This document shows positions 1-8,274 of a stretch of DNA of 29,348 nucleotides, one piece after another. Origin of the DNA: a virus. Numbering within the stretch: the first letter of the stretch is position 1; the number at the start of each line of letters is the position of its first letter. The notes under the pieces are model-generated. The model was not told where the DNA came from. It did not search any database and saw only the letters and a program-made list of their open reading frames with translations. Made by a program: the position numbers and the translations under genes. The stretch spans positions 79,249-108,596 of IMG/VR virus record IMGVR_UViG_3300005077_000007; one strand, 5' to 3'.

Positions 1-198
1 CTTGCCATTTCTAAGGTAATTGGAAAATTGAAGAATCCCAAAGTTGTTCGGGAACTCAAGCGAATGCTTGCAAAGAACCGCGAGCGAGAGCAACTAAGGG
101 AAATCGGAATGTCCAAGTACAGAATGATGAAAAGGAATCCACGGTTTCGGGAATATATGATGAAAAAAGCAAGAAGCGGGAGTGAGAATGGAGAGTAA
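1..198 (+). CDS. 3' part of a basic hypothetical protein (truncated by window start)
   Basis: Frame 1 is open from base 1 to TAA at 196-198 (LAISKVIGKLKNPKVVRELKRMLAKNRERE...) and overlaps the next gene's ATG at 188. Confidence 0.6.
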   Translation, partial: LAISKVIGKLKNPKVVRELKRMLAKNREREQLREIGMSKYRMMKRNPRFREYMMKKARSGSENGE

Positions 199-385
199 CA
201 AGGTTGATCCTTTTATCGTATTCCTCATTAAGGAAGCCGTGAATAGCCTCGATACCTTAGATGGGATGAGGGCCTCATTGTATATTCGCGCAGCAAATGA
301 TTATCTTTGCGGCACAAAGAGCAATAGACTCGACGTGTGTAAGGATACTTATTCAATGAGTAAAGGCGAGAAGGTCGAATCGTGA
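188..385 (+). CDS. hypothetical protein
   Basis: ORF 182-385, likely ATG at 188; GTGA overlap with the next gene. Confidence 0.55.
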   Translation: MESNKVDPFIVFLIKEAVNSLDTLDGMRASLYIRAANDYLCGTKSNRLDVCKDTYSMSKGEKVES

Positions 386-627
386 ATCTCGAGTTTGCTC
401 CAATCATTTGCGAGGAAAGCGAAATTGATATTGCAATCGATCTTGCCTGTATCCCGCAAAAACACATTGACATTATTGTCAAAAACATTAGGGCTGGGAA
501 AGCTCCACACGAGCTACACCCAATTTACGAGCTTTCCCGAAAGCACGTTGCGTTTATTTTGAAACTTGATGCAACGGCAAAGGGGTGGGAACGTCGAATG
601 ATTGACAAACCTCGGAAAGGGGAATAA
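382..627 (+). CDS. hypothetical protein
   Basis: 81-aa ORF in a tightly packed co-directional array. Confidence 0.65.
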   Translation: MNLEFAPIICEESEIDIAIDLACIPQKHIDIIVKNIRAGKAPHELHPIYELSRKHVAFILKLDATAKGWERRMIDKPRKGE

Positions 628-629
628 TT

Positions 630-851
630 ATGAAAGTCTTTGTGGTGCTTGCGGCGGCAGCGGTTCCCGCATATGGTTGGATTGATGTTCGAGCGGAAAC
701 GGCTGAGGAAGCGATGGAAAAGGTTCGGGCTGACATTAAAAATAAAAAATGGGATTCGGATATTTGGGTAAAGGGTAAATGGGAAACGCAATGGGAGAAT
801 GTCGAAAAACTCCCGGTAGTGGTATCTGCTGAACCATTCGCTGAGATTTAA
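630..851 (+). CDS. hypothetical protein with small-phage-protein 'V(R/E)AxxxEEAxxK' motif
   Basis: 73 aa; IDVRAETAEEAMEKV; AAGGGG upstream. Confidence 0.7.
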   Translation: MKVFVVLAAAAVPAYGWIDVRAETAEEAMEKVRADIKNKKWDSDIWVKGKWETQWENVEKLPVVVSAEPFAEI

Positions 852-863
852 AAGGACAAAACG

Positions 864-1079
864 ATGAAAGTAACTATTAACGAAATTCTTTCTTCTTCTC
901 CAGAAAGTAAACTGGCTATTGTCGCTATCAATCGGAGAGAGGCAGTAATGATTATCCAGAGTTTGACTAATCAGCTTTTAGCAAAGAGTTGCAATGTCGG
1001 TCGAGCGGAGTTTATTACAGAAAAATGCAGCGACGTCAATGAATTAACTATTTGCATTACGGAGAATTGCGATGCGTGA
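864..1079 (+). CDS. hypothetical protein
   Basis: 71 aa; AAGGA RBS. Confidence 0.65.
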   Translation: MKVTINEILSSSPESKLAIVAINRREAVMIIQSLTNQLLAKSCNVGRAEFITEKCSDVNELTICITENCDA

Positions 1080-1578
1080 TATGGATGATATTCCATTGCA
1101 CATACGCGGAAAAGCGTTCATAACAAAACGCGAGGATGCTTCAGAGGTTTTAAAAGACCCAAGGGATTTTGGCGCAATCGAAGAAACAGAAACTGGCATT
1201 TACGAATCGTCGGGATACAAGAAATCCCTCTCCGTATTGGAGAGTTGGGACGATAATGTTCTTGATATTACGAAAGTCAGAACAGAAACCCCAATCGTTG
1301 CCGTGGCAAGGGCAATTTTATTCCAAGCATTTTGCGATATTGGGCTTGGAGAAGGCGGAACAAACCTAAACGATTGGAGCGATGCGCGTTCCTGGTTTTT
1401 CTCGCCAAATGAAAACTTCGATTTAGTAACCGAATTGTTTCATATCGATACCTCATGGCTCAGAGGAATGATATCGAAACGTCGATGTCGATGTGGTCGA
1501 AAAATGCTAGCACTTGATTTCTGTGATTGCCTTACGAGGGCTTCCAGTAGAAGGACGTATAAGGAAAGTTACATATGA
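1072..1578 (+). CDS. conserved phage hypothetical protein
   Basis: 168 aa; pattern AILFQAFCD...DARSWFFS...FDLVTELFHIDTSWLR resembles an uncharacterised helical phage family; C-terminal Cys cluster. Confidence 0.7.
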   Translation: MRDMDDIPLHIRGKAFITKREDASEVLKDPRDFGAIEETETGIYESSGYKKSLSVLESWDDNVLDITKVRTETPIVAVARAILFQAFCDIGLGEGGTNLNDWSDARSWFFSPNENFDLVTELFHIDTSWLRGMISKRRCRCGRKMLALDFCDCLTRASSRRTYKESYI

Positions 1579-1856
1579 TTCCTATGAGAAGAGCGAAAAA
1601 TATCGAGAATCTCTTGGAGAGATACGCACAAGAGCTTGGTTTGAGTTCCTTAACCGTCGAAGCGTTGATTGCTTCGCATCGCCACCTTCGGACACTGAAT
1701 TTGACAAAATCGAATAAGGAAAGTGAACAGAGAAAAAAGATTCATCTTGATGAATATCGTAAGGCCACAAAGGAAGCTTTGAAAAAGGGATACTTCTCAA
1801 AAGATGATTTATTGAAAATGTCGCTCGAAGAATTGCTCCATTGCCTTCTTGACTAA
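1575..1856 (+). CDS. hypothetical protein
   Basis: 93 aa; ATGA overlap; AAGGA RBS. Confidence 0.7.
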   Translation: MIPMRRAKNIENLLERYAQELGLSSLTVEALIASHRHLRTLNLTKSNKESEQRKKIHLDEYRKATKEALKKGYFSKDDLLKMSLEELLHCLLD

Positions 1857-1870
1857 GAAAGGATTATAAT

Positions 1871-2233
1871 ATGAAACTCTACTCTGTTGGAATTAAGGAA
1901 CATAATACATTCTTTACTACGTATTATCTAGTAGAATGTCATCGTGAGTTGCTGACTTTGCTGGATTTTGCCGTGAATAATGAGTCAAACGATCCAGACA
2001 TTACTATTCATAGTGTTATGGAAGTTCCCGGTTTCCAGGGAAACGGAAAACTGGTGTTTACCATTGATGTTCGTGATCCAATCAAAACGTCAATTCCACA
2101 GTCAAGGCCACGCCAAGAAAATATCAAAACGGTAACTTTCCTTTGCTCGCGGTATTGTGAACTTGGCGATTTCCTCGAAAATAATCGATGGGTATCGTTT
2201 CGGCAGTCCGGCGTTGTGTCGAATTACTCATAA
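1871..2233 (+). CDS. hypothetical protein
   Basis: 120 aa; GAAAGGA RBS. Confidence 0.7.
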   Translation: MKLYSVGIKEHNTFFTTYYLVECHRELLTLLDFAVNNESNDPDITIHSVMEVPGFQGNGKLVFTIDVRDPIKTSIPQSRPRQENIKTVTFLCSRYCELGDFLENNRWVSFRQSGVVSNYS

Positions 2234-2242
2234 GGAGAAAGA

Positions 2243-2608
2243 ATGTTTTTTACATATAATCAAAACAATAGCGGTGGTGGTTTCGCCTACGATGAGAAGC
2301 GTGGTATCTCTCATTATGTCATTATCGAAGCGGACGATGCCGTCGAAGCAAACGATAAGGCAGAGGGAATTGGACTATACTTCGACGGAGATGGCGATTG
2401 CCCATGCTGCGGAGATAGGTGGTGCGCGTCAGACAAAACAGATGGAACCGAATTTCCATCCGTATATGATGAAATTATCGAATGGGGAGAAAATGTGCAA
2501 GAGACAATGCCCGGAGGGCAATTTATGATAAAATGGATGAATGGATATGAAGGTTTCGTCCATTATAAAAACGGAGATATTGCTGGTTTCTGGAAGAATC
2601 AAGCATGA
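2243..2608 (+). CDS. conserved phage protein (QNNSGG...DCPCCGDRW family)
   Basis: FFTYNQNNSGG, GIGLYFDG, DCPCCGDRW motifs typical of a widespread uncharacterised phage family; TAAGGAG RBS. Confidence 0.8.
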   Translation: MFFTYNQNNSGGGFAYDEKRGISHYVIIEADDAVEANDKAEGIGLYFDGDGDCPCCGDRWCASDKTDGTEFPSVYDEIIEWGENVQETMPGGQFMIKWMNGYEGFVHYKNGDIAGFWKNQA

Positions 2609-2883
2609 AGAAAATCTCATACCCCCCGCATGGGGTATTCCGAAGCGTAAATATGATAACTAATCGTATTCTTTCGTATTATACTTTTAAGTATAAAGGA
2701 TATACAGCTTATGCCGAATTAAGCACCGGCGATTCTCCATTAGATAGGGATAGGAAGCTGTTTGGAGTAACGGTGCACGCAAGTAATGGTACTAATTTTA
2801 ACCCAAGCCTATCGAAATGTTTCGATTCGCTAGAGAAAGCCAAGGCGTATATTTTCGATATCGCTGAACCAGACGAAGCGTAA
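2605..2883 (+). CDS. hypothetical protein
   Basis: 92 aa; ATGA overlap. Confidence 0.65.
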   Translation: MKKISYPPHGVFRSVNMITNRILSYYTFKYKGYTAYAELSTGDSPLDRDRKLFGVTVHASNGTNFNPSLSKCFDSLEKAKAYIFDIAEPDEA

Positions 2884-2965
2884 AGACGATGGGGGCGGGG
2901 AAACCCCCCGCCTTAAGTCTACATCCCGAATATCCAAAGTATCGGGAACGCGAAAGGAGATAATA

Positions 2966-3145
2966 ATGCTTAATGTTCGATATTGGTATGACGTTGAAAT
3001 AGCCTTGAGTATTCGACGAGAACTCGCCGAACTGTATTGTGATAGATACAGTTCGGAAGAAAGAAATGAAAGAATTAACCATATCTTTTGCCTTCTCAAC
3101 CAGGGCGTTGAGGAAACAACCGTAACGATGGATTCAAATGAATAG
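2966..3145 (+). CDS. small hypothetical protein (59 aa, below ORF-track cutoff)
   Basis: GAAAGGAG RBS; MLNVRYWYDVEIALSIRRELAELYCDRY...DSNE*. Confidence 0.65.
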   Translation: MLNVRYWYDVEIALSIRRELAELYCDRYSSEERNERINHIFCLLNQGVEETTVTMDSNE

Positions 3146-3299
3146 AGGAACTATGGCGGCAATTTTGTTATCCCCTCTTTTGGGGAAAGTTTTGCATATG
3201 ACCTATAATAAACCAACAGGGTTTTCTTTTGTGCTAACGTCGCTTGTTATTTCAGCGGGTATATTGCTTATTGCCATCGGAACGAAACCGATGAGGTAA
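3138..3299 (+). CDS. small membrane protein (53 aa)
   Basis: MNRGTMAAILLSPLLGKVL...FSFVLTSLVISAGILLIAIGTKPMR*; hydrophobic segments; fills the gap between neighbours. Confidence 0.55.
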   Translation: MNRGTMAAILLSPLLGKVLHMTYNKPTGFSFVLTSLVISAGILLIAIGTKPMR

Positions 3300-3311
3300 A
3301 TAGGGGAAAAT

Positions 3312-3485
3312 ATGAAAGCCTTAACGATTAGCGAACCAGAGTTTCGGTCTATGTTGAACTTTTGGGTAAGCGCGGACCCGTTTTGGGGTTCTGACGGGGC
3401 GCGTTGCGAAATGTATAATTTACTAGATCGTTTATCTAAGGAAATGGGATACAAAAATCCAGCGGACGCCTATCGTAACCTTTAG
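3312..3485 (+). CDS. small hypothetical protein (57 aa)
   Basis: AGGGG RBS; MKALTISEPEFRSMLNFWVSADPF...ADAYRNL*. Confidence 0.6.
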   Translation: MKALTISEPEFRSMLNFWVSADPFWGSDGARCEMYNLLDRLSKEMGYKNPADAYRNL

Positions 3486-3500
3486 CGAAAGGAAAAATTC

Positions 3501-3962
3501 ATGTGCCTTGTTGGTAAAATAGAGGTTCCACTTCCACGGAAACTCACCGCATGGAAGGTGTTGGGGCAAAGTGGCAATACTTTCATAACGCCGATTCTCT
3601 TGAATCAAGTTTCCAGTACTGCCCCAAATGTCTCCAGCGCAACTCCGGTTCCATTTCTATTGACACCGGCATATTATCATGGCGGATTTCATATATTTCC
3701 TGTCTACGAGGATGCAAGGGAGTATCTCGAAACGTTAGTAAAAGCAGACAGCAAAACAAAGATATTCAGTAACTACTTCGACGCTCTCGTTATTGTCAAA
3801 GTAGAGGCTAAGTTAATCCGGAGTGCCGGATGGGAAGGAACCGATTCGCTTTTCGGCCCATCGGTAAATCGGAATATCCCAGTTTGCGTCGCGGAAATTA
3901 TGTCAATCGTTGGAATTGAAACGGGCTTCCATCTCAAGAAGGGATATACAATATGTGCCTAA
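3501..3962 (+). CDS. hypothetical protein, MCL/GFH family, paralog A
   Basis: 153 aa; MCLVGKI..WKVLG..YHGGFHIF..YEDA..SAGWE; clear paralog of 3953-4390. Confidence 0.8.
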   Translation: MCLVGKIEVPLPRKLTAWKVLGQSGNTFITPILLNQVSSTAPNVSSATPVPFLLTPAYYHGGFHIFPVYEDAREYLETLVKADSKTKIFSNYFDALVIVKVEAKLIRSAGWEGTDSLFGPSVNRNIPVCVAEIMSIVGIETGFHLKKGYTICA

Positions 3963-4390
3963 ACGGCAAAATTGATATTGAATTTCCAGAAAGAACCATC
4001 GGATGGAAAATACTCGGAAAGAGAGGAGAAACGTTCTTTACTCCATTTTTTGGAGAATTATTGCTAGGGGATCGTCGAAATTATTCACGCGGCGATGCAA
4101 TTCCATTCTCCACTCTCGAGGGTTCTCAGTATTACCCTGGCGGATTTCATATTTACGGAGCATACGAAGATGCAAAATATTGCATCAAAAGGTGGGTAAG
4201 GGAGAGGCTATTTAGTTATGACTATGAAAAACTAGTTCTTGTCAGCGTTGAAATTTCCAATATTTGTTCCGCTGGATGGGAACATTACGAAATGGCTCAA
4301 CACAAGTTTCCAATTTATGTTGCCGGAGATATGAAAATTCTCGAGGAATTGATCGTTTATCAACTCAGGGGAAAAAGCTATCTACAGTAA
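3953..4390 (+). CDS. hypothetical protein, MCL/GFH family, paralog B
   Basis: 145 aa; MCLNGKI..WKILG..YPGGFHIY..YEDA..SAGWE. Confidence 0.8.
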   Translation: MCLNGKIDIEFPERTIGWKILGKRGETFFTPFFGELLLGDRRNYSRGDAIPFSTLEGSQYYPGGFHIYGAYEDAKYCIKRWVRERLFSYDYEKLVLVSVEISNICSAGWEHYEMAQHKFPIYVAGDMKILEELIVYQLRGKSYLQ

Positions 4391-4412
4391 GAAAGGATGG
4401 TAAAATACTTTA

Positions 4413-4598
4413 ATGATTTCAATTGAATATTTAGTCGTTTTATGGGCCGCTTTTGGAACGATTGCGGCCATGATCGCTGACAAAAAAGGTCGCAATACGG
4501 TCGCATGGTGGTTTATTGGCGCGGCCAGTGGGTTGTTTGGAATTGGCGTGCTGTTGATTTTGCCGCGTATTGAAAAGGAATCAAATGAAGAAATGTGA
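4413..4598 (+). CDS. small two-TM membrane protein (IAxxKGR..WW family)
   Basis: 61 aa; hydrophobic helix, IADKKGRNTVAWWF, second hydrophobic helix. Confidence 0.7.
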   Translation: MISIEYLVVLWAAFGTIAAMIADKKGRNTVAWWFIGAASGLFGIGVLLILPRIEKESNEEM

Positions 4599-4782
4599 TG
4601 TATTCATCAAGGTAGCATCCGGAACCGGAAACCACGGAACGGATCATTTGTTGGTTCATTCTAATATCATACCATCAGCCGCCAAGAAACTCGCAAAGCA
4701 ACTATCGCTCGAAGGGCATCGAGCGTTAGTGTTAACTCACGGAAATGTAGGGAAATTTGTTGCGGCGTATGCGCCGAAATGA
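4585..4782 (+). CDS. hypothetical protein
   Basis: ORF 4570-4782, likely ATG at 4585 after AAGGA. Confidence 0.55.
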   Translation: MKKCDVFIKVASGTGNHGTDHLLVHSNIIPSAAKKLAKQLSLEGHRALVLTHGNVGKFVAAYAPK

Positions 4783-4800
4783 ATACTGGAGAAGTATGCG

Positions 4801-4839
4801 AAAAAAAAACGGTTGCTGGGTAATTCCAGCAACCGTTTT
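4801..4839. terminator. bidirectional intrinsic terminator between convergent genes
   Basis: 14-bp perfect inverted repeat AAAACGGTTGCTGG-gtaatt-CCAGCAACCGTTTT; 9-T tail on - strand, 4-T tail on + strand. Confidence 0.85.
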
Positions 4840-4853
4840 CGCATTGCTCCTGG

Positions 4854-7043
4854 CTAATCACTAATCACTTCACCAAAGAAGGCTTTTTCCCATATCCGAA
4901 TTAAATCCTCTCGGCTCGCAAGCAAGTATGGTTTTCTGTCGAAGTATACATAGTAATTATCATCCCCTTTCAGCTTTGCGATTTTCTTCGTGGACAATCC
5001 TTGACATGGCTGTAAGGAAAGTTCCGGATTCACCTTGGGCAATGGAATTTCAATTTTCTTCTTAAACCGAGTCCTAACTAGCAATTTCCATTCTTTCCTA
5101 TCCTTTTCCCATATCAACCAAACTGACAATGGAAATGAAATTATTGAAGCAAATCTATGCTCTCTCATTTCCTGAAATAGCGGATTAATGCTCATCCCGT
5201 TTATCCCGGCATCTATGATAGAAAAAACTGCATTCATGAACCCAAGATGTCCATGAATATCTCTTAGGGCAACGTAATCGAAATAGGTTTCAGGGACGAA
5301 CTTTGTCAACATTCGCCCGTTATTATGACAAATATTTACAACATTATTGAGCTTCCCAATCATACTTCCCCAGGTATCGTAATTCGGGTTCTTGATGAAC
5401 GCATCGATCGATTTTAATAGAAAGCTCGTTGACGCAGCGCATATACGCCACTTATAGCCACCGAATCCACCTTCCCATTCTGAGGAAGAAAATGCGTGAA
5501 GCGATTCAATGAACATTTCCATAATAGCGTCTTGCGATTCCCCCTCAAGGTGTCGATAGATTGTATCTCTTGACAAGGGATATCGAGGATCTTTGCATTT
5601 TTTATATATCTGTAATTTACCGGCCGCTCGCCAGTGGCGCGATTCCCCAATGCAAGCCTCAATGCCACGCAATGCTATTGCTCCGACCCCAACACCAACA
5701 AGGAACGCCCCTTCGCTCGTAAGACACATTCTATCAGCGTGGTGTGCCGCAAAGATTCCGATAATAGTAGAAGGATCATTCTCACCAACATTACTCCGTG
5801 TTGAAAACGAAATCCCACGAACAATCGAATCGTAGCATATTTCGCGCGTGGTGTTTCTTTTTAACCGTTCGCCAATATTGACCTTTCTAGTAATAATAAC
5901 AGCCGGAACACCATGACATTTCGCCTGCATAGCGACGTGCGACGTTGGGGAACCATCGATGATATTCACGCAAAGGTTTCTTTTATCCAACTTAGACAAA
6001 GAAGCCATTCGCCGCTCCCATTCCATATTGTCAATATCTTCATTTACCGTAATGATTCGCTTAACAACGAAATCCTTTGCGATATAATCAAGATGGTCGC
6101 CTGGGGATATGCATGGACGAAGTTGTACCGGAATTGCTCCAACAGCCCCAAGGGAATTAAGTGACTTATCCGTCACGGTAGAAGTATTTCCTTTTCTATA
6201 AACCGTTTCTATGAAAGGTATTTCGGATTTCTCGTTAGAGAATCGTGCCGCAATTTTAATCCTAGCGGGCAAGACGATGGGATGAATGAGAATATTAATG
6301 GTTTTTCCCATCCCGGTTGCCCCGTCCGTTCCGTGCCCAATCGATATGATATTCGATATGACCGAGGAGAATTGCGCGTTAATATATGGCATCAACAACA
6401 TTTCACCCTCGGGCGATTCATCCTGAATCATCTTCAGTAAGTTTACCAACTCTTTCCTTGTGTGAACTACCCGCGATTCAAAATATCCGTGCCGGGGGCG
6501 AATCGGGCATGGACGTGCCATGACAAGAATTTTCTTTTTTCTGAAAAGTGGAACCGATTTTTTCATGAACTCATCAATGCCTGACTCGTCCTGAATGACA
6601 AATGCAAATTTGGCTAGCACATAGGAGCCGTGCGAAGCTCCTCGTAGTATCGAGGGAAGTAATTTTACGCCAGCGGCCTTTTGTGTGCGAATTTGATCCA
6701 TCGCTATTGTATCGATTGCGTGCCGATTATCGAATCTGGCCATGCTCAACCCCCCAGACATTGATTCAACATGAACGACCTTTGAGAATGCCTTAATGGC
6801 ATAATGACCGAATTTGCCAATTTTGAATTTTGATCCCTTGCGAGGAGTGGTGCTCGTCGTGTTTCCATCATCGCTTAATACAGTAATTTTCAAACAATCA
6901 TTTTCTATCTCTTTGGCAACTTCCTTAACAAGGGTATCGAACGTTCCATTTTCGACCTGGCAAATCTGGTCAAACTTCTCGATAAGCTGCCCTAATGGAT
7001 GGATAATCTCGGCCTTATACTGAATGATCTTAGGATTTGACAA
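4854..7043 (-). CDS. PEP-utilizing-enzyme/dikinase-like protein: ATP-grasp domain + phospho-histidine swivel domain + unassigned C-terminal domain
   Basis: 729 aa, TTG start with GGGAGG RBS; swivel motif GSPTSHVAMQAKCHGVPAV (His369); PPDK/PEPS N-domain-like segments TQKAAG, VMARPCP..HG, LLMPYINAQFSSVI, IGHGTDGATG, PFIETVY, PVQLRP; no recognisable pyruvate-binding TIM barrel. Confidence 0.8.
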   Translation of the reverse strand: MSNPKIIQYKAEIIHPLGQLIEKFDQICQVENGTFDTLVKEVAKEIENDCLKITVLSDDGNTTSTTPRKGSKFKIGKFGHYAIKAFSKVVHVESMSGGLSMARFDNRHAIDTIAMDQIRTQKAAGVKLLPSILRGASHGSYVLAKFAFVIQDESGIDEFMKKSVPLFRKKKILVMARPCPIRPRHGYFESRVVHTRKELVNLLKMIQDESPEGEMLLMPYINAQFSSVISNIISIGHGTDGATGMGKTINILIHPIVLPARIKIAARFSNEKSEIPFIETVYRKGNTSTVTDKSLNSLGAVGAIPVQLRPCISPGDHLDYIAKDFVVKRIITVNEDIDNMEWERRMASLSKLDKRNLCVNIIDGSPTSHVAMQAKCHGVPAVIITRKVNIGERLKRNTTREICYDSIVRGISFSTRSNVGENDPSTIIGIFAAHHADRMCLTSEGAFLVGVGVGAIALRGIEACIGESRHWRAAGKLQIYKKCKDPRYPLSRDTIYRHLEGESQDAIMEMFIESLHAFSSSEWEGGFGGYKWRICAASTSFLLKSIDAFIKNPNYDTWGSMIGKLNNVVNICHNNGRMLTKFVPETYFDYVALRDIHGHLGFMNAVFSIIDAGINGMSINPLFQEMREHRFASIISFPLSVWLIWEKDRKEWKLLVRTRFKKKIEIPLPKVNPELSLQPCQGLSTKKIAKLKGDDNYYVYFDRKPYLLASREDLIRIWEKAFFGEVISD

Positions 7044-7077
7044 CCCGTTTCCTCCCTGCTACACTAGGATGATAAGC

Positions 7078-7106
7078 AGTCTACCATGCCCAACCGCGCT
7101 TGGCAA
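7078..7106 (-). promoter_or_regulatory. sigma70-type promoter for the dikinase-like gene
   Basis: On - strand: TTGCCA-17 nt-TAGACT with TG extended -10, ending 35 nt upstream of the start codon. Confidence 0.7.
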
Positions 7107-7132
7107 GGTTGGATTAACCAAGGAAAGGCATT

Positions 7133-7345
7133 ATGAGAAAGCCGAAAGTTTACAGGAAGAATAGTAAGGGAATGTTCACGGTTTACACCTCTAGAAAAGA
7201 AATTTATGCAATCCCAGAGGAAAGATTAGCGAAAATTGCCAGCATGTTGCATGAGAATATGCCACCACGCGAGGCATCTCCGCTATTTCCGCTCGATAAG
7301 TCCGACGTGGCTTTTCTAAAGAAAACTTTTCCAAGAGGCGTATAA
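7133..7345 (+). CDS. hypothetical protein
   Basis: 70 aa; AAGGAAAGG RBS; TAATG coupling to the next gene. Confidence 0.65.
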   Translation: MRKPKVYRKNSKGMFTVYTSRKEIYAIPEERLAKIASMLHENMPPREASPLFPLDKSDVAFLKKTFPRGV

Positions 7346-7650
7346 TGCTTGAAGCACATCTCATTGATAAAGCGTTTTTTGCAATTATTGATAGTCAGCA
7401 ATCCCCCGGGAAGAAGTATTATATGTGCGTCGAACCGGATGGGCTAACTGCGACTTGCACTTGCCCCGATTATCGTTTTAGACGCTCAGAGGCAACGAAG
7501 GAATGTAAACATCTCGTCGAGCTTCGAAAAGTTATCTCTCGATACGAGAATCTTATTCTTCATGAATATGAAGATTTTACCATTCGCACCAAACAAGACT
7601 TTGAAAAGGAAAGCCATGCAGGATTTCGCCAAGACAATTCAAGCACTTGA
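7345..7650 (+). CDS. SWIM zinc-finger protein
   Basis: CTCPDYRFRRSEATKECKH fits the CxC...CxH SWIM signature, preceded by SQQSPGKKYYM beta strands. Confidence 0.8.
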   Translation: MLEAHLIDKAFFAIIDSQQSPGKKYYMCVEPDGLTATCTCPDYRFRRSEATKECKHLVELRKVISRYENLILHEYEDFTIRTKQDFEKESHAGFRQDNSST

Positions 7651-7852
7651 AAAAAATAAACCCCGTCAATCCGGACAAGAATATCTCATTCTTGCATTCA
7701 ACGAAATTGCCAATGGGTACAAAGAGGAAATGAAAATTCTTCGTCCATATGACCAATCGACGTCCATGCTGGTCGATGTTGCGTTTCATATGGAGAAACG
7801 CGCAAATGGTATTGCAGCAATCCTCCTTCTTCCCCGTCCAGTAGAGAAGTGA
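7616..7852 (+). CDS. hypothetical protein
   Basis: ORF 7562-7852, likely ATG at 7616 after AAGGA. Confidence 0.6.
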   Translation: MQDFAKTIQALEKNKPRQSGQEYLILAFNEIANGYKEEMKILRPYDQSTSMLVDVAFHMEKRANGIAAILLLPRPVEK

Positions 7853-8274
7853 ATATGAAATTTTTCATTGCTGCACAAGATAACGGGGAGGATGTTGCTG
7901 GCGTTATCGTCGATATGAATTCAGAAGTTGCAGCATATTACGCTGAACTCATATGGCTCGTTGACGAAATGGCAAAGCAATATGGAATATTCATGGTCGA
8001 GGCGCGAGCTGTTGACCAAAAGCATCCAACCAATGAGGTTTGGATTTTGAACAATAAAGAAACCGAAGCTTACATCAAGTCGTCAATTGGCGTACCGATT
8101 GACGATAAGGAATATTATGAATTTCTTCAGCATTCCATTGGAAAAGCTGAGGAGAAAACCTTATGCGTAGAGAAGGATGGAGTTTTCTTTACGATGTCTG
8201 GCTACTCGGAAAGCGTGTGGTCAATGAAATTAACAGCAGAACAAATACAATGGGCATCAAAAAAGAGTCTATGA
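7849..8274 (+). CDS. hypothetical protein
   Basis: 141 aa; overlaps both neighbours by 4 nt. Confidence 0.7.
   Translation: MNMKFFIAAQDNGEDVAGVIVDMNSEVAAYYAELIWLVDEMAKQYGIFMVEARAVDQKHPTNEVWILNNKETEAYIKSSIGVPIDDKEYYEFLQHSIGKAEEKTLCVEKDGVFFTMSGYSESVWSMKLTAEQIQWASKKSL

Noticed and set aside
1-30. CTTGCCA at the window start as another promoter
   Set aside because: It lies inside an open reading frame and lacks a good -10 at 16-18 nt spacing.
4854-7043. Annotation as a metabolic PEP synthase (ppsA) or pyruvate phosphate dikinase (ppdK)
   Set aside because: Only the ATP-grasp and His-swivel parts are recognisable; pyruvate-binding TIM-barrel motifs are absent, so no gene symbol is given.
8163-8270. 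N-terminal extension of phosphatase 1
   Set aside because: It overlaps the upstream gene by about 110 nt; the ATGA-coupled start at 8271 is more plausible.
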